DNA of 64,000 bases from an uncultured Ruficoccus sp. (GTDB lineage: Bacteria > Verrucomicrobiota > Verrucomicrobiia > Opitutales > Cerasicoccaceae): assembly GCA_965140785.1 (NCBI GenBank), contig OZ223505.1, forward strand, positions 121,018 to 185,017, written 5' to 3'. Each line of letters opens with the position of its first letter. Within the stretch, counting starts at the first letter, position 1. Both the position numbers and the translations under genes were made by a program. The notes under the pieces were generated by a model, which ran no database searches, was not told the origin of the DNA, and worked only from the letters and a program-made list of their open reading frames with translations. This document shows, piece after piece, positions 46,579 to 59,666 of this stretch.

Positions 46579-49152
46579 ATGGATTGCCGCTCTGCCAAAC
46601 GCCTATACTCCTCCGACGCACTAGAGGCGTGGTTTGGCAAACTCTGTCACGACTGGGAGCGCTCGTTCAGCGAAGGCCAGCTGCGTGAAGGCCGCGCCTG
46701 CTACCGCGACGGCGGCATCCGCGAGATCGAGTTGACCGCCGAGGACGCCATTATCCACGGCAACTGGCGCGACGAGGAGAGCTACGCGGTCATTGACTGG
46801 AACAAGAACAAGCTGCACGTGCGCAGCTCGACCGACGACATCACCCGGGGCCGCTGGCTGGCCGCCGCCGGCCTCTACGAGATCGAGGAACTGATCGCCG
46901 AGGAAATTTCCCCGCTCCCGACCGAGCGTAAAAAAATCGAGGACGCGGCCGACGTGGCAAAGGCCGCTGAGCTTGCCGCCACGAATGCCAAGGCAGCGGC
47001 TGAGGCCGAGGCGGCCGCTCCGCTCCTCAGCTCCACCCGCGAGCTCCAGTTGGACTTCAGCGCGTCCGAGCAGGGGCTGGACTTCGCCGTGTACTGGCTC
47101 GACAACGGCGTCAAGGTGGCCGCGCTGGGCGAGGCTGCTATGAGCGGGGACCAGCTCTCCGCCACCGACCGTGAGAAGCTCATCCGGCTGGCCAATTTCG
47201 CCCGCAAGGCCGGGTTTCGTTTTTCCGGCGACTCGGGCCGCTACCTCATGACGCGCCTGGACGAGGTACCGGGCTTTCTCGGCGCGCCGCTGGCGCGTTG
47301 GCGCAAGTACTTCGCCTGCCTGCTGACCCCGGACGCCATGGCGCTCAAGAACGGCATCCGCGAACTCGATGTCGCCGCCGAGGCGCGCGAGGTTTCCAAC
47401 GGCGCCTTTGAGCTCAACTGGCGTTTCGAGCTGGAGGGCGAGACGATTTCCGAGCGCGAGGCGCAGAGCCGTTTCTTCCGCGGCGAAAATCTGGTCTTTC
47501 TCAAAGGGCGCGGCCTGGTCCGCCTCAGCAACCGCCAGACTGAGGCCCTGACCGACTGGCGCTCGTCCCTGCACCAGCAGGGCAACGGCTCGCTCCCGCG
47601 CTATCTGCTGTGTTCGCTCTTTGGCCGGGACGAAATCAAGCTCGACCTGAGCGAAGGACTCGACAGCTGGCGCAAGCGCCTGACCTCCCCAAAAGGTGGA
47701 GAGGACAAGCTGCTGCCGATTCTGAGGCCCTATCAGCGCTACGGCTGTAACTGGCTCGCCCACCTCTGCGCCAACGGCTGCCACGGTCTGCTGGCCGACG
47801 AGATGGGCCTGGGCAAGACCTTGCAGATTCTTTCGCTGCTGGTGGCACACCCGATTGAGGGTAAGCGCTCCATTATCGTGTGCCCGGCCAGCGTGGTGCC
47901 CGTCTGGCAGAGCGAACTGCGCAAGTTCTTCCCCGAGCAGCGCTGCCGCATCCTGCGCAAGGGCGAGGACTTCACCAGCTCGGAAGAGCCGTGCCTGTGG
48001 ATCGCCAGCTACACCCAGCTGCGCCGTCACAAGTCTCAGCTCGACCAGATCGCCTTTGGCTACGCCGTCCTCGACGAGGCCCAGTACATTAAAAACCCCG
48101 AGGCCAAGGTCACGCAGGCGTGCATGAACATCCGCGCCGACCACCGCATCGCCCTCTCCGGCACGCCGCTGGAGAACCGCTTCCTGGACCTGTGGACGAT
48201 TTTCCGTTTCCTCATGCCGGGCCTGCTGGGCAGCCGCCGGCGCTTCGAGGATAATTACCAGGCCGATCCCGAGCGCTTCATGAAAAAGGTCGGTGTGCAG
48301 GTCGCGCCCTTCGTCCTGCGCCGGACCAAGGACAAGGTCCTCAAGGAGCTGCCGGGCAAGGTCGAGACCGACCTGGTCTGCTCCATGACCGAGCTGCAGC
48401 GCCGCCTCTACAGCCAACTGGCCGAGGAGGGCGTGGCCCGCATCGGCGACAACCTCAAGAGCTACACCTCCGAGAACACCTTCAGTCTGCTGACCCTGCT
48501 GACCCGTCTGCGCCAGGTCTCCTGCGACCCCGGCCTGCTGCCGTGGATCCAGACCGACTGGCTCCAGAGCGGCAAGCTGCTCACCCTCATCGACCGCCTG
48601 CGCGAGGTCGTCGCCAACGGACACAAGGCCGTCGTCTTCAGCCAGTTCGTGACCTTCCTCGATCGCGTCAAGGGCATGCTCGACATTGAGCTGCCCGACC
48701 TGGAGCTCTACACCCTGACCGGCAAAACCGCCGACCGGGCCAAGCCGGTGGAAGAATTTCAGGGCACGAAAAACCCCGCCGTCATGCTGGTCAGCCTGCG
48801 CGCCGGGGGCACGGGTGTCACTCTCCACAGCGCCGACTATGTCTTTCTCCTCGACCCGTGGTGGAACCCCGCAGTGGAGAACCAGGCCATCGACCGCGTG
48901 CACCGCATCGGTCAGCGCAAGACCGTCTTCGTCTATCGCCTGGTCACCGCCGGCACGGTCGAGGACCGCGTCCAGCAGCTCAAGGCCAGCAAGCGCTTCC
49001 TCTTCGAGGAGACGATGCGGGCCGCTCCCGGCGGGGCGGACTTCACGCAGTACTTCCACTCTCTGCACGAGCTGATCGATCTCCTTCCGGACAAGGACGG
49101 GGACTTAGGCGGTACGGGGTCCTCGCTATCGACGGCTCTTAAGGGTGGTTGA
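46579..49152 (+). CDS. SNF2-family helicase-like ATPase
   Basis: LADEMGLGKT, LDEAQYIKN, LSGTPLEN, DPWWNPAVENQAIDRVHRIGQ. Confidence 0.93.
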   Translation: MDCRSAKRLYSSDALEAWFGKLCHDWERSFSEGQLREGRACYRDGGIREIELTAEDAIIHGNWRDEESYAVIDWNKNKLHVRSSTDDITRGRWLAAAGLYEIEELIAEEISPLPTERKKIEDAADVAKAAELAATNAKAAAEAEAAAPLLSSTRELQLDFSASEQGLDFAVYWLDNGVKVAALGEAAMSGDQLSATDREKLIRLANFARKAGFRFSGDSGRYLMTRLDEVPGFLGAPLARWRKYFACLLTPDAMALKNGIRELDVAAEAREVSNGAFELNWRFELEGETISEREAQSRFFRGENLVFLKGRGLVRLSNRQTEALTDWRSSLHQQGNGSLPRYLLCSLFGRDEIKLDLSEGLDSWRKRLTSPKGGEDKLLPILRPYQRYGCNWLAHLCANGCHGLLADEMGLGKTLQILSLLVAHPIEGKRSIIVCPASVVPVWQSELRKFFPEQRCRILRKGEDFTSSEEPCLWIASYTQLRRHKSQLDQIAFGYAVLDEAQYIKNPEAKVTQACMNIRADHRIALSGTPLENRFLDLWTIFRFLMPGLLGSRRRFEDNYQADPERFMKKVGVQVAPFVLRRTKDKVLKELPGKVETDLVCSMTELQRRLYSQLAEEGVARIGDNLKSYTSENTFSLLTLLTRLRQVSCDPGLLPWIQTDWLQSGKLLTLIDRLREVVANGHKAVVFSQFVTFLDRVKGMLDIELPDLELYTLTGKTADRAKPVEEFQGTKNPAVMLVSLRAGGTGVTLHSADYVFLLDPWWNPAVENQAIDRVHRIGQRKTVFVYRLVTAGTVEDRVQQLKASKRFLFEETMRAAPGGADFTQYFHSLHELIDLLPDKDGDLGGTGSSLSTALKGG

Positions 49153-49173
49153 AAACCCTGACAGATAGATGGT

Positions 49174-49191
49174 TTGTCACGGTAAATTCAC
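49174..49191 (+). promoter_or_regulatory. Pho-box-like direct repeat upstream of phoU
   Basis: TTGTCAC-GGTA-AATTCAC, 11-nt spacing. Confidence 0.5.
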
Positions 49192-49365
49192 ATATGGACC
49201 ATTGCCTTTCCCGGGCATCGGTGCATGTTATTTTCGTTGAACATTTCGGTAAAACCCGGCATCTGCTTTGCTTTGCACAGTAATATTTGACCGGAGTATT
49301 GCGGCCCGCCTCTCACTGCTTTCCAGCGTGGTTCGTCTGCCGAATGCCCCCTAATCCAGACTTTC

Positions 49366-50043
49366 ATGCACCCTTTTTATCAAGCCGAACTCAAGCAGAT
49401 CAGGCAGAATCTCGTCCTCATGGGCGAACGCGCGATCGAAGTGGTTCGGTTTGCCGTCCAGTCCCTGGTGGAGGCCGATCCCGCTATGTCCGAGCAGGTT
49501 ATCGAAATGGATGACCGCATCGACGAGCTGGAGCTGGCCATTGACAGCGAGGCGATCCGCTACATCTCCCTGCGCTCGCCCGTCGCCTCCGACCTGCGCC
49601 TGCTGACCATGGCGATGAAGGCCTGCCACGACCTTGAGCGGGTCGGTGACGAGGCCACCGCCATCGCCAAGTACGCCCGGCGCATGCACGAGAACTACCC
49701 GCCGAAAAACTTTCACGCCATCCCCCAGATGGCCGAGCTCGTGATCGAACAGTTGCGCAACGCGATGGACAGCTTCATCAGCGAGGACGCCAAGGTCGCC
49801 TACTCGGTGCCCAAGCAGGACCGCGAGATCGACGACCTGCACCGCAAAAATTACCGCGAGCTGACCGCCGCCATCCGCAACCAGCCCGACCTGACCGAGC
49901 AGCTCATCGAGATGATTTTCATCTCCAAGGCACTCGAACGCATCGGCGACCACGCCACCAATGTCGCCGAGGACGTGATCTACCTGCTCGAAGGCGACGA
50001 CGTGCGCCACACCGAGGCCGTCAAGCGCTCCGTCCAGGGCTGA
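49366..50043 (+). CDS. phoU: Phosphate signalling protein PhoU
   Basis: PVASDLR, DLERVGD, ALERIGDHATNVAE. Confidence 0.95.
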   Translation: MHPFYQAELKQIRQNLVLMGERAIEVVRFAVQSLVEADPAMSEQVIEMDDRIDELELAIDSEAIRYISLRSPVASDLRLLTMAMKACHDLERVGDEATAIAKYARRMHENYPPKNFHAIPQMAELVIEQLRNAMDSFISEDAKVAYSVPKQDREIDDLHRKNYRELTAAIRNQPDLTEQLIEMIFISKALERIGDHATNVAEDVIYLLEGDDVRHTEAVKRSVQG

Positions 50044-50074
50044 TTCATTCTGCTCTCAGGTGCCTTTGCCGATG

Positions 50075-50245
50075 CTATTTATAGTCGCTCTCGATATACG
50101 GCAGGGAGACTTCGAGGGCATCTTTATCTTCAAGAATATACCACTCATAATCTTCCCGCGTTTGTAGGGTGACCCCCTCGACGGCGGCGAAAAGCCGAAC
50201 CGTTTCCATGATGGGGGCTGGGATGCGGGACAGGTCGATCTTCAT
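50075..50245 (-). CDS. Small hypothetical protein (56 aa)
   Basis: MKIDLSRIPAPIMETVRLFAAVEG..; plausible composition only. Confidence 0.45.
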   Translation of the reverse strand: MKIDLSRIPAPIMETVRLFAAVEGVTLQTREDYEWYILEDKDALEVSLPYIESDYK

Positions 50246-50443
50246 GGCGTTTGTCAGGTAATAGGAATCGCGGCGCGCCCGTGAACGCGGCGCAAGCAAC
50301 GTGCGGGAGTTTCAGTGACGAGCCCGCATACTTGAGAGTGACGATGATGAGATCGTATTCCCGCCCTTCCCATTTTCCCACGAGACCGAGTTGTCATGAA
50401 AAGGTCTCCGGGCGCCCTCCGAAGACGGTGTCTTAACGGGACG

Positions 50444-52126
50444 TTACAGCCGTCCGAGCAGGCTGGTAAAGTACCCCGCGCTCTCGGCCAGGCCACCGGG
50501 GCGGTTGCGCCGGAGCCACAGACGTTCGTGCTGAGCCCGCGCGGTCTCGACGCCATCGCGCAGGGCTTCGCGTGACTTCCCCTGCTGGAAACAGCGGAGC
50601 CGCTCCAGCCCCAGGCGGGTTAGCCGGATGGCCTGCCCGGCTTCTTCGCGCAGCCAGGCGGCGTCCTCGCAGGCGGGGTGGGATAGGACAAGCCGCGCCT
50701 CGGCTTCGCCGAGGCGTTCTTCCATGAGGACGGTTTCTGCTTCGGTGGTTTTGGCGGCGAGGTTCTGCACTTCCTGTGCCTCCCCGAAGAGCGCCCGAAA
50801 GAGCACGCTCTTGTTGGGCAGGCGAAGCTGCGCGCACGCCTCGATCGCGCCCAGGCTCTCCAGCGCACCGGCGAATTGCTCCGTCTCGTCCGTCAGCAGG
50901 TGACGACTGAGCAGCGACGGCCAACGCTCCGGCTCGGCCCGCTCGCCCTCCCAGGCATGCTGGGCGGCCAGCACCAGCGCGGGTAGCGCCAGCGGCCAAG
51001 GCTGGAGGTGCCCCTGGTCGCCCCAGTGTGTGAGCAGCAGGCCGTGGGCCCCGTGCTTGAGCCCTTCGCGGGTGGCCATGGCGATGTTGGCACGGGCGGT
51101 GTCCAGCCGTCCGTGCGTGCTCAGCCAGGTCGAGTCGCCCGGCGCGACCTGAAAGGCCAGGCCCGCCGTCTCGACCTGGGCGCACTGCGTGGCGAAGGGG
51201 TGGTCCCGCTCGTAGCCCCAGATGACCGGGACGCTGCCTGGGGGGAGGCGTTGGATCAGCTCCGGGCGCTTGAGCACGATGTCGGCCCAGAAACGCATCT
51301 GGCGTCCGTGCCGGGCCACCAGTTGCCCGACCTGTTCCAAAAATTCCAGGTAAATCTCCTCCGTGCCCTCCCGCTGTGCGCGTTCGCGGCTCCAGCCCAG
51401 CCCGAGGTCGAAGGTCTCGTCGCAGCCGACGTTGAACTTGCGGCTGCTGAAGTGCGGCAGCAACTGCGCGTAAAGCCCGTCGAGAAAGGCCAGGCTGTCG
51501 CCGTTGGGTTTGAGGGTCGCGCCATATTTACGAAAGTCGCCGAAGGGCGAGGTGAAGCCGTCCGGGCACTCGGCCAGGTGCCGGTAGGCGGGGTGGCGCA
51601 GCCAGCGCTCCAGGTGCCCGAAGGAGTTCTGGTTGGGCACCAGCTCGATGTGGCGCTCGCGGCAGGCGGCGTCAAGTTGCTCGATCTCCTCACCGGTCAG
51701 CGGCGAGCTGTCGCGCCAGACCGTTTCGTGTCCGGCATAGGCGAAGGTGTGCTCGGTGTAGAGCTGAAGCTGGTTGTAGCGCAGAGCGGCCAGCCGGTCC
51801 ACCAGATGGAGCAACTCGTCCATGGTTGGCACCTTGCAGCGACTGATGTCGAGCATGTACCCGCGCTCGGCGAAGGCCGGACCGTCGGCAATCTCCAGGC
51901 ACGGCAACGCTTCGCCGGCCTGTGCGCGGACCTGTGCCAGGGTGTCGCGGGCGTAGGCGAGCCCGGCCTCGTCGCCGGCGTGAATCTCGATGCCCGCCGC
52001 GGCGATGACGAGTGTGTAGTGCCCGGCGGGTAGCGTGTCATGGATTTTGAATACAGGAGCGTTCTTGCCCGGGCGGAGGGTGCCGCCGGTGAACTGAAGG
52101 CTGCGGGGTTGGGGAAAAAGCTGCAT
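50444..52126 (-). CDS. GH20-family beta-N-acetylhexosaminidase
   Basis: RGYMLDISR, LYTEH, SFGH, NVGCDET catalytic DE pair. Confidence 0.88.
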   Translation of the reverse strand: MQLFPQPRSLQFTGGTLRPGKNAPVFKIHDTLPAGHYTLVIAAAGIEIHAGDEAGLAYARDTLAQVRAQAGEALPCLEIADGPAFAERGYMLDISRCKVPTMDELLHLVDRLAALRYNQLQLYTEHTFAYAGHETVWRDSSPLTGEEIEQLDAACRERHIELVPNQNSFGHLERWLRHPAYRHLAECPDGFTSPFGDFRKYGATLKPNGDSLAFLDGLYAQLLPHFSSRKFNVGCDETFDLGLGWSRERAQREGTEEIYLEFLEQVGQLVARHGRQMRFWADIVLKRPELIQRLPPGSVPVIWGYERDHPFATQCAQVETAGLAFQVAPGDSTWLSTHGRLDTARANIAMATREGLKHGAHGLLLTHWGDQGHLQPWPLALPALVLAAQHAWEGERAEPERWPSLLSRHLLTDETEQFAGALESLGAIEACAQLRLPNKSVLFRALFGEAQEVQNLAAKTTEAETVLMEERLGEAEARLVLSHPACEDAAWLREEAGQAIRLTRLGLERLRCFQQGKSREALRDGVETARAQHERLWLRRNRPGGLAESAGYFTSLLGRL

Positions 52127-52133
52127 AGGGGAG

Positions 52134-53657
52134 TCAGTCGGATGAGAGGGCGTCTAGGGTTTTCAGGACGATGGCCTCGTCCGGGGCGAGACTTTCGCGC
52201 ACCCGGTAGAGCAGGCGTGCGGTCTCGGCGTAGTCGGGCTCGTGGCCGGAGCGGCGTCGGTGCAGCTCGCGGATGTAGCGCACCGCCCGATCGATCAGTT
52301 TGTTGTTGGAGGGCTTGACCCAGGTCATGAGGTTGCCTTCATAGCGGCCCAGTCGTCCCATGATCAAGGTCGAATGCGTGTTGAGGATCAGCTTGAGCAG
52401 CAGGTGGCGCGAAAGCAGGGGTTCGTTTGCCACCGGCAGGGTATGGGCGAGCTCGCCCAGGGTCAGGTGGATGCCGTCGCCGGTCTGCGCGATGGAAAAT
52501 GTATTCAATTTTTCACTACGCCGGTGCTCGCGGGCACGGCGGGAGATGTCGAAGCCGAGCAGCGTCTCCCGTCCGGCCACGGCGCGGCACTCCTCCCACT
52601 CCAGGCAACGCGGCGGGCGCCGGAGCAGGCGTTCCCAGGCCTGGGCGGGGTCTTCCGCCTGCGGCAGACACAGGTAGCACAGGCTGGGCGGTTGGCCGCT
52701 CAGGCGGGTGTTCTCAAAGGCCGACAGGGAAAAGGTCGGGGCGCGTTCGGTGGTGTCGGTCAGCACGGTGATGCCGTAGGCGTCGGTCTCGTAGAGCACG
52801 CGCTGGCCGGCGGCGTAGCGCCCGGCCTCGGCCCGCACGAAGTCGGCGAGGAAGCTCCAGTCCGTCTCCGCTGCGAGCGTGCGGAAACGCTCCAGCGCGG
52901 CGGGGATTTTCGCCGGAGCGGCGTGGTGCTCCAGGGCCAGCCCGGCGGCGAGCATCTGCACCGTGCTGGCCTGCATGCGGGTGCTTCCGGCCAGCGCCAT
53001 GGGGCCGACGCAGAGGTTGAGCGTGCGGATGGTTTTGCTTTCCAGTACGCGGCGGGAGCGCTCGGCCACGCGGGCGAGAATTGTATCCGGATTGCAATAC
53101 AGAAACCACGGTGCCCGGTGCGAAATAACAGCGGCGGCCTCGCACGCGCCGATCACGAACGGCGTCTCACCCCCTTCGGTGATGGCCATCAACAGGTCGT
53201 TGGCGGAAAAGCCCAGCTCGCGCAACTGCAGCTCTCCGTAACCCGGGAAGTCCTCGAAGCCCTCCAGTGAGCGGATGAGCGCGGCGTCGCCTCCGGCCAT
53301 GAAGCCGATGACGCGCCCGGCCAGTTCCTCCGCGAGCAGCCCTTCGCGGCTGAGGGTTTCGAGCGATAGCGAGAGGCGCCCGGTCGCGCCACAGCCGCAC
53401 AGGTACACACGTCCGCCTGCGGCGAAGGTCTCTGCGACGGCGGCGGCGAGGGCGACGATTCCCTCGGCGCAGGCGGCGAGTTGCTCCAGGGCGAGCCGGT
53501 CCACCTCCTTGAGCACGGCGATGGCCTGGGGCAGGTCGTCGCGGGCCAGGTTGGAGAGATTGTGGGTGAGCGGGTGAGGCTGTTCGGTGACGAGTTCACC
53601 GAGGCGGAACTGATCCGCCATGGCCAAAAACTCCTCCGCGTCGGCTGCCGTTTTCAT
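52134..53657 (-). CDS. Double-SIS MurQ/glucokinase-regulator-like protein
   Basis: LVTEQPHP, GCGATGRL, MAGGD.A, EGFED, GSTRMQ, LKLILN..ST..M..LGR..GNLM..V..SN.KL.DRA. Confidence 0.75.
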   Translation of the reverse strand: MKTAADAEEFLAMADQFRLGELVTEQPHPLTHNLSNLARDDLPQAIAVLKEVDRLALEQLAACAEGIVALAAAVAETFAAGGRVYLCGCGATGRLSLSLETLSREGLLAEELAGRVIGFMAGGDAALIRSLEGFEDFPGYGELQLRELGFSANDLLMAITEGGETPFVIGACEAAAVISHRAPWFLYCNPDTILARVAERSRRVLESKTIRTLNLCVGPMALAGSTRMQASTVQMLAAGLALEHHAAPAKIPAALERFRTLAAETDWSFLADFVRAEAGRYAAGQRVLYETDAYGITVLTDTTERAPTFSLSAFENTRLSGQPPSLCYLCLPQAEDPAQAWERLLRRPPRCLEWEECRAVAGRETLLGFDISRRAREHRRSEKLNTFSIAQTGDGIHLTLGELAHTLPVANEPLLSRHLLLKLILNTHSTLIMGRLGRYEGNLMTWVKPSNNKLIDRAVRYIRELHRRRSGHEPDYAETARLLYRVRESLAPDEAIVLKTLDALSSD

Positions 53658-53733
53658 ACGCGTGAGCCTGTGGGCTGGCCGGAGCGAACGCAATCCGCTT
53701 CCATCGCCGGGGCTTGGGATTCACTTGGTATTC

Positions 53734-54726
53734 TCAGGAACGGTCGATCATTTTCAGTGCGCTCTCGGTGTAGCGTTCTCCGGTGTTCGGATAGCGAGCG
53801 ATGATGGCCTCGATCTCGGAAATTTCGTCAGCGCTGAGGGTGACTTCCACGGCCTGCGCGTTCAGGTCGAGGTACTTGCGCTTTTTCGTGCCGGGGATGG
53901 GGATGATGTTGTCGCCCTTGGCCAGGACCCAGGCGATGGCGAGCTGGGCGGTAGTGATGTTCTTGCCGTGGGCGAACGCCGTCAGCTCGCGCATGAGCTG
54001 CTGGTTGTTGGCCAGATGCTCACCCTGGAAGCGCGGGAGCTTACGGCGGGCGTCGTCCTCCTCCATCGCGTCGGGGTCGAAGTTATCCGTGAACATGCCC
54101 CGTCCCAGCGGCGAGAAGGGGACAAAGGTGGTGCCCAGCTCGGCGAGGGCGGGCAGGATGTCCGTCTCCACGTCTCGGGTGAGCAGGGAGTACTCGCTTT
54201 GCAGCGCGGCGATGGGGTGAACGGCGTTGGCCTTGCGCAGGCTGTTGGCGGAAGCCTCGGAGAGGCCGAGGTAGCGGACCTTGCCCTGCTGGACGAGTTC
54301 GGCCATGGCGCCGACCATTTCCTCGACCGGGACCTTCGGGTCGATGCGGTGGGCGTAGTAGAGGTCGATGCAGTCGGTGCCCAAGCGCTTCAGGCTACGC
54401 TCGACCGCTTGGCGCATGTAGGCCGGGGAGCCGTCGAAATCCGCGCCGTAGTGGTTGCCGCTTTCGCCGTACTTGAAGCCGAACTTGGTCGCGAGGAAGA
54501 CCTTTTCGCGGTGGTCTTTGAGCACCTTTGCGATCAGTTCCTCGTTGGCCCCGCCGCCGTAAAAATCCGCCGTGTCCCAGAAATTGATGCCCAGGTCCAG
54601 GGCGTGATGCAGGGTGGCGATGCTCTCCGCGTCGTCGCGGTCCCCGTAGGCGTGAGACATGCCCATGCAGCCCAGCCCGATGGCGGAGAGTTTGATTTCT
54701 GTGTGGCCGAGGTTGCGGTATTTCAT
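53734..54726 (-). CDS. Aldo/keto reductase
   Basis: [41 protein letters not shown]. Confidence 0.93.
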   Translation of the reverse strand: MKYRNLGHTEIKLSAIGLGCMGMSHAYGDRDDAESIATLHHALDLGINFWDTADFYGGGANEELIAKVLKDHREKVFLATKFGFKYGESGNHYGADFDGSPAYMRQAVERSLKRLGTDCIDLYYAHRIDPKVPVEEMVGAMAELVQQGKVRYLGLSEASANSLRKANAVHPIAALQSEYSLLTRDVETDILPALAELGTTFVPFSPLGRGMFTDNFDPDAMEEDDARRKLPRFQGEHLANNQQLMRELTAFAHGKNITTAQLAIAWVLAKGDNIIPIPGTKKRKYLDLNAQAVEVTLSADEISEIEAIIARYPNTGERYTESALKMIDRS

Positions 54727-54898
54727 AGGGAGTATGGGTTGAGACCGGTAGCGGGTGTGCTTTTCGCGATTGGAAAAGGACGCGGTACGGGTTGGAAGCC
54801 GGCTGCTGTCCAACCCTTTTGACACGTTAGAGGGAATTCGGTTCGCTCCGGTTGGCAAACGCCGGCGACTGTTTTTGGACCGGTTAGGTGGAGGCGGC

Positions 54899-54928
54899 AA
54901 AAAAACGCCGGGCGGTGAGGCCCGGCGT
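54899..54928 (-). terminator. Intrinsic terminator of the nifJ operon
   Basis: Minus strand ACGCCGGGC-loop-GCCCGGCGT followed by a T run. Confidence 0.8.
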
Positions 54929-54962
54929 CGAAAGGAAACCCGTTGGTTGATGAACCTTGGGC

Positions 54963-55961
54963 TCAGTCCTGGACTTCCCAGCTCTGGAGGATACGCAGGT
55001 AGTTGGCGCGCTCGATGGCCTCCGGGTTGGGGGCGTGCTGGTAGCTCATGCTGGCCTTCATCTGTTCGAGGGACTGGTACTCGTTTTGCTCCATCCACTC
55101 GGCCATTTCGCGGCGCAGCTTGGTTAGCTGGGGCAGGCCGTTGCGCAGGAGGGTGGAGACGAGCTGGATGCAGTCGGCCCCGGCCATGACGGACTTGATC
55201 GCGTCCTCGGCGGTGTGAACACCGCCGGTGACGGCGAGGTTCAGGCTGTAGCGCCCGGCCAGGATGGCGAGCCAGCGGATGCGCAGCAGCAGCTCGGAGG
55301 AGTCCGAGAGCTTGAGCGAGGGCACCGCTTCGAGGTTCTCGATGTCGATGTCCGGCTGGTAGAAGCGGTTGAAGAGCACGACGGCGTTGGCGCCCTTGTC
55401 CTCGATCTGCTTGACGAAGTTCGGCAGCGAGGAGAAAAACGGCGAGAGCTTGATTGCGAGGGGGAGCTGCACGCTCTGGCGGACTTTTTCCACGACCTCG
55501 ATCAGGCTGCTCTCGACCTCTTCGCAGGTCTCTTCGGCAGTGCGGGGCTGGTAATAGAGGTTCAGCTCCAGCGCGTCGGCCCCGGCCTCCTCCATGTACT
55601 TGGCGTATTCCATCCAGGTGCCGAGGTTGGTGCCGTTGAGCGAGGCGACGACGGGGATGTCCACCGCTTCCTTCATCTCGCGGATGCGCTCCAGGTACTC
55701 GTCCGGCCCGAGGTGGTAGTCCTGCGCGGCGGGGAAGTAGCTGGTGGCCTCGGCGAAGGACTCCTCGTGGCTGTAAACGTGCTCCTGCAGACCGGCCTCG
55801 TGGTGGACGATCTGCTCCTCGAAGAGCGAGTTCATGACGATGGCGGCGGCTCCGGCGTCCTCGGCGTGACGGATGCGGTCGAGGCGGGCGGAGATCGGCG
55901 AGGCGCCAACCACGAAGGGGTGGGGCAGTTCAAAGCCCAGGTAATTTGTTTTCAGATTCAT
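54963..55961 (-). CDS. Dihydroorotate dehydrogenase-like flavoprotein
   Basis: [37 protein letters not shown]; 7 nt downstream of nifJ. Confidence 0.85.
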   Translation of the reverse strand: MNLKTNYLGFELPHPFVVGASPISARLDRIRHAEDAGAAAIVMNSLFEEQIVHHEAGLQEHVYSHEESFAEATSYFPAAQDYHLGPDEYLERIREMKEAVDIPVVASLNGTNLGTWMEYAKYMEEAGADALELNLYYQPRTAEETCEEVESSLIEVVEKVRQSVQLPLAIKLSPFFSSLPNFVKQIEDKGANAVVLFNRFYQPDIDIENLEAVPSLKLSDSSELLLRIRWLAILAGRYSLNLAVTGGVHTAEDAIKSVMAGADCIQLVSTLLRNGLPQLTKLRREMAEWMEQNEYQSLEQMKASMSYQHAPNPEAIERANYLRILQSWEVQD

Positions 55962-55968
55962 CAGTCAA

Positions 55969-59517
<3,549 letters not shown>

Positions 59518-59536
59518 AGATACATTAGTAGAGCTA

Positions 59537-59562
59537 ACCTTGTATTTTGATGATGACAAGGT
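59537..59562. promoter_or_regulatory. Palindromic operator-like site between divergent genes
   Basis: ACCTTGT-N12-ACAAGGT perfect 7-bp arms. Confidence 0.45.
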
Positions 59563-59666
59563 AAACTTATGGACTTGCGCTGTTTTTCTGTCTCGACCGG
59601 TTGAATGGGGTTCAATCCCTGTGGTTGACAGGTGGGAATAGTTCTGAGATCACACTACGCCTACGT

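Noticed and set aside
59547..59560. FNR box upstream of nifJ
   Set aside because: Only the TTGAT half matches; the second half is poor.
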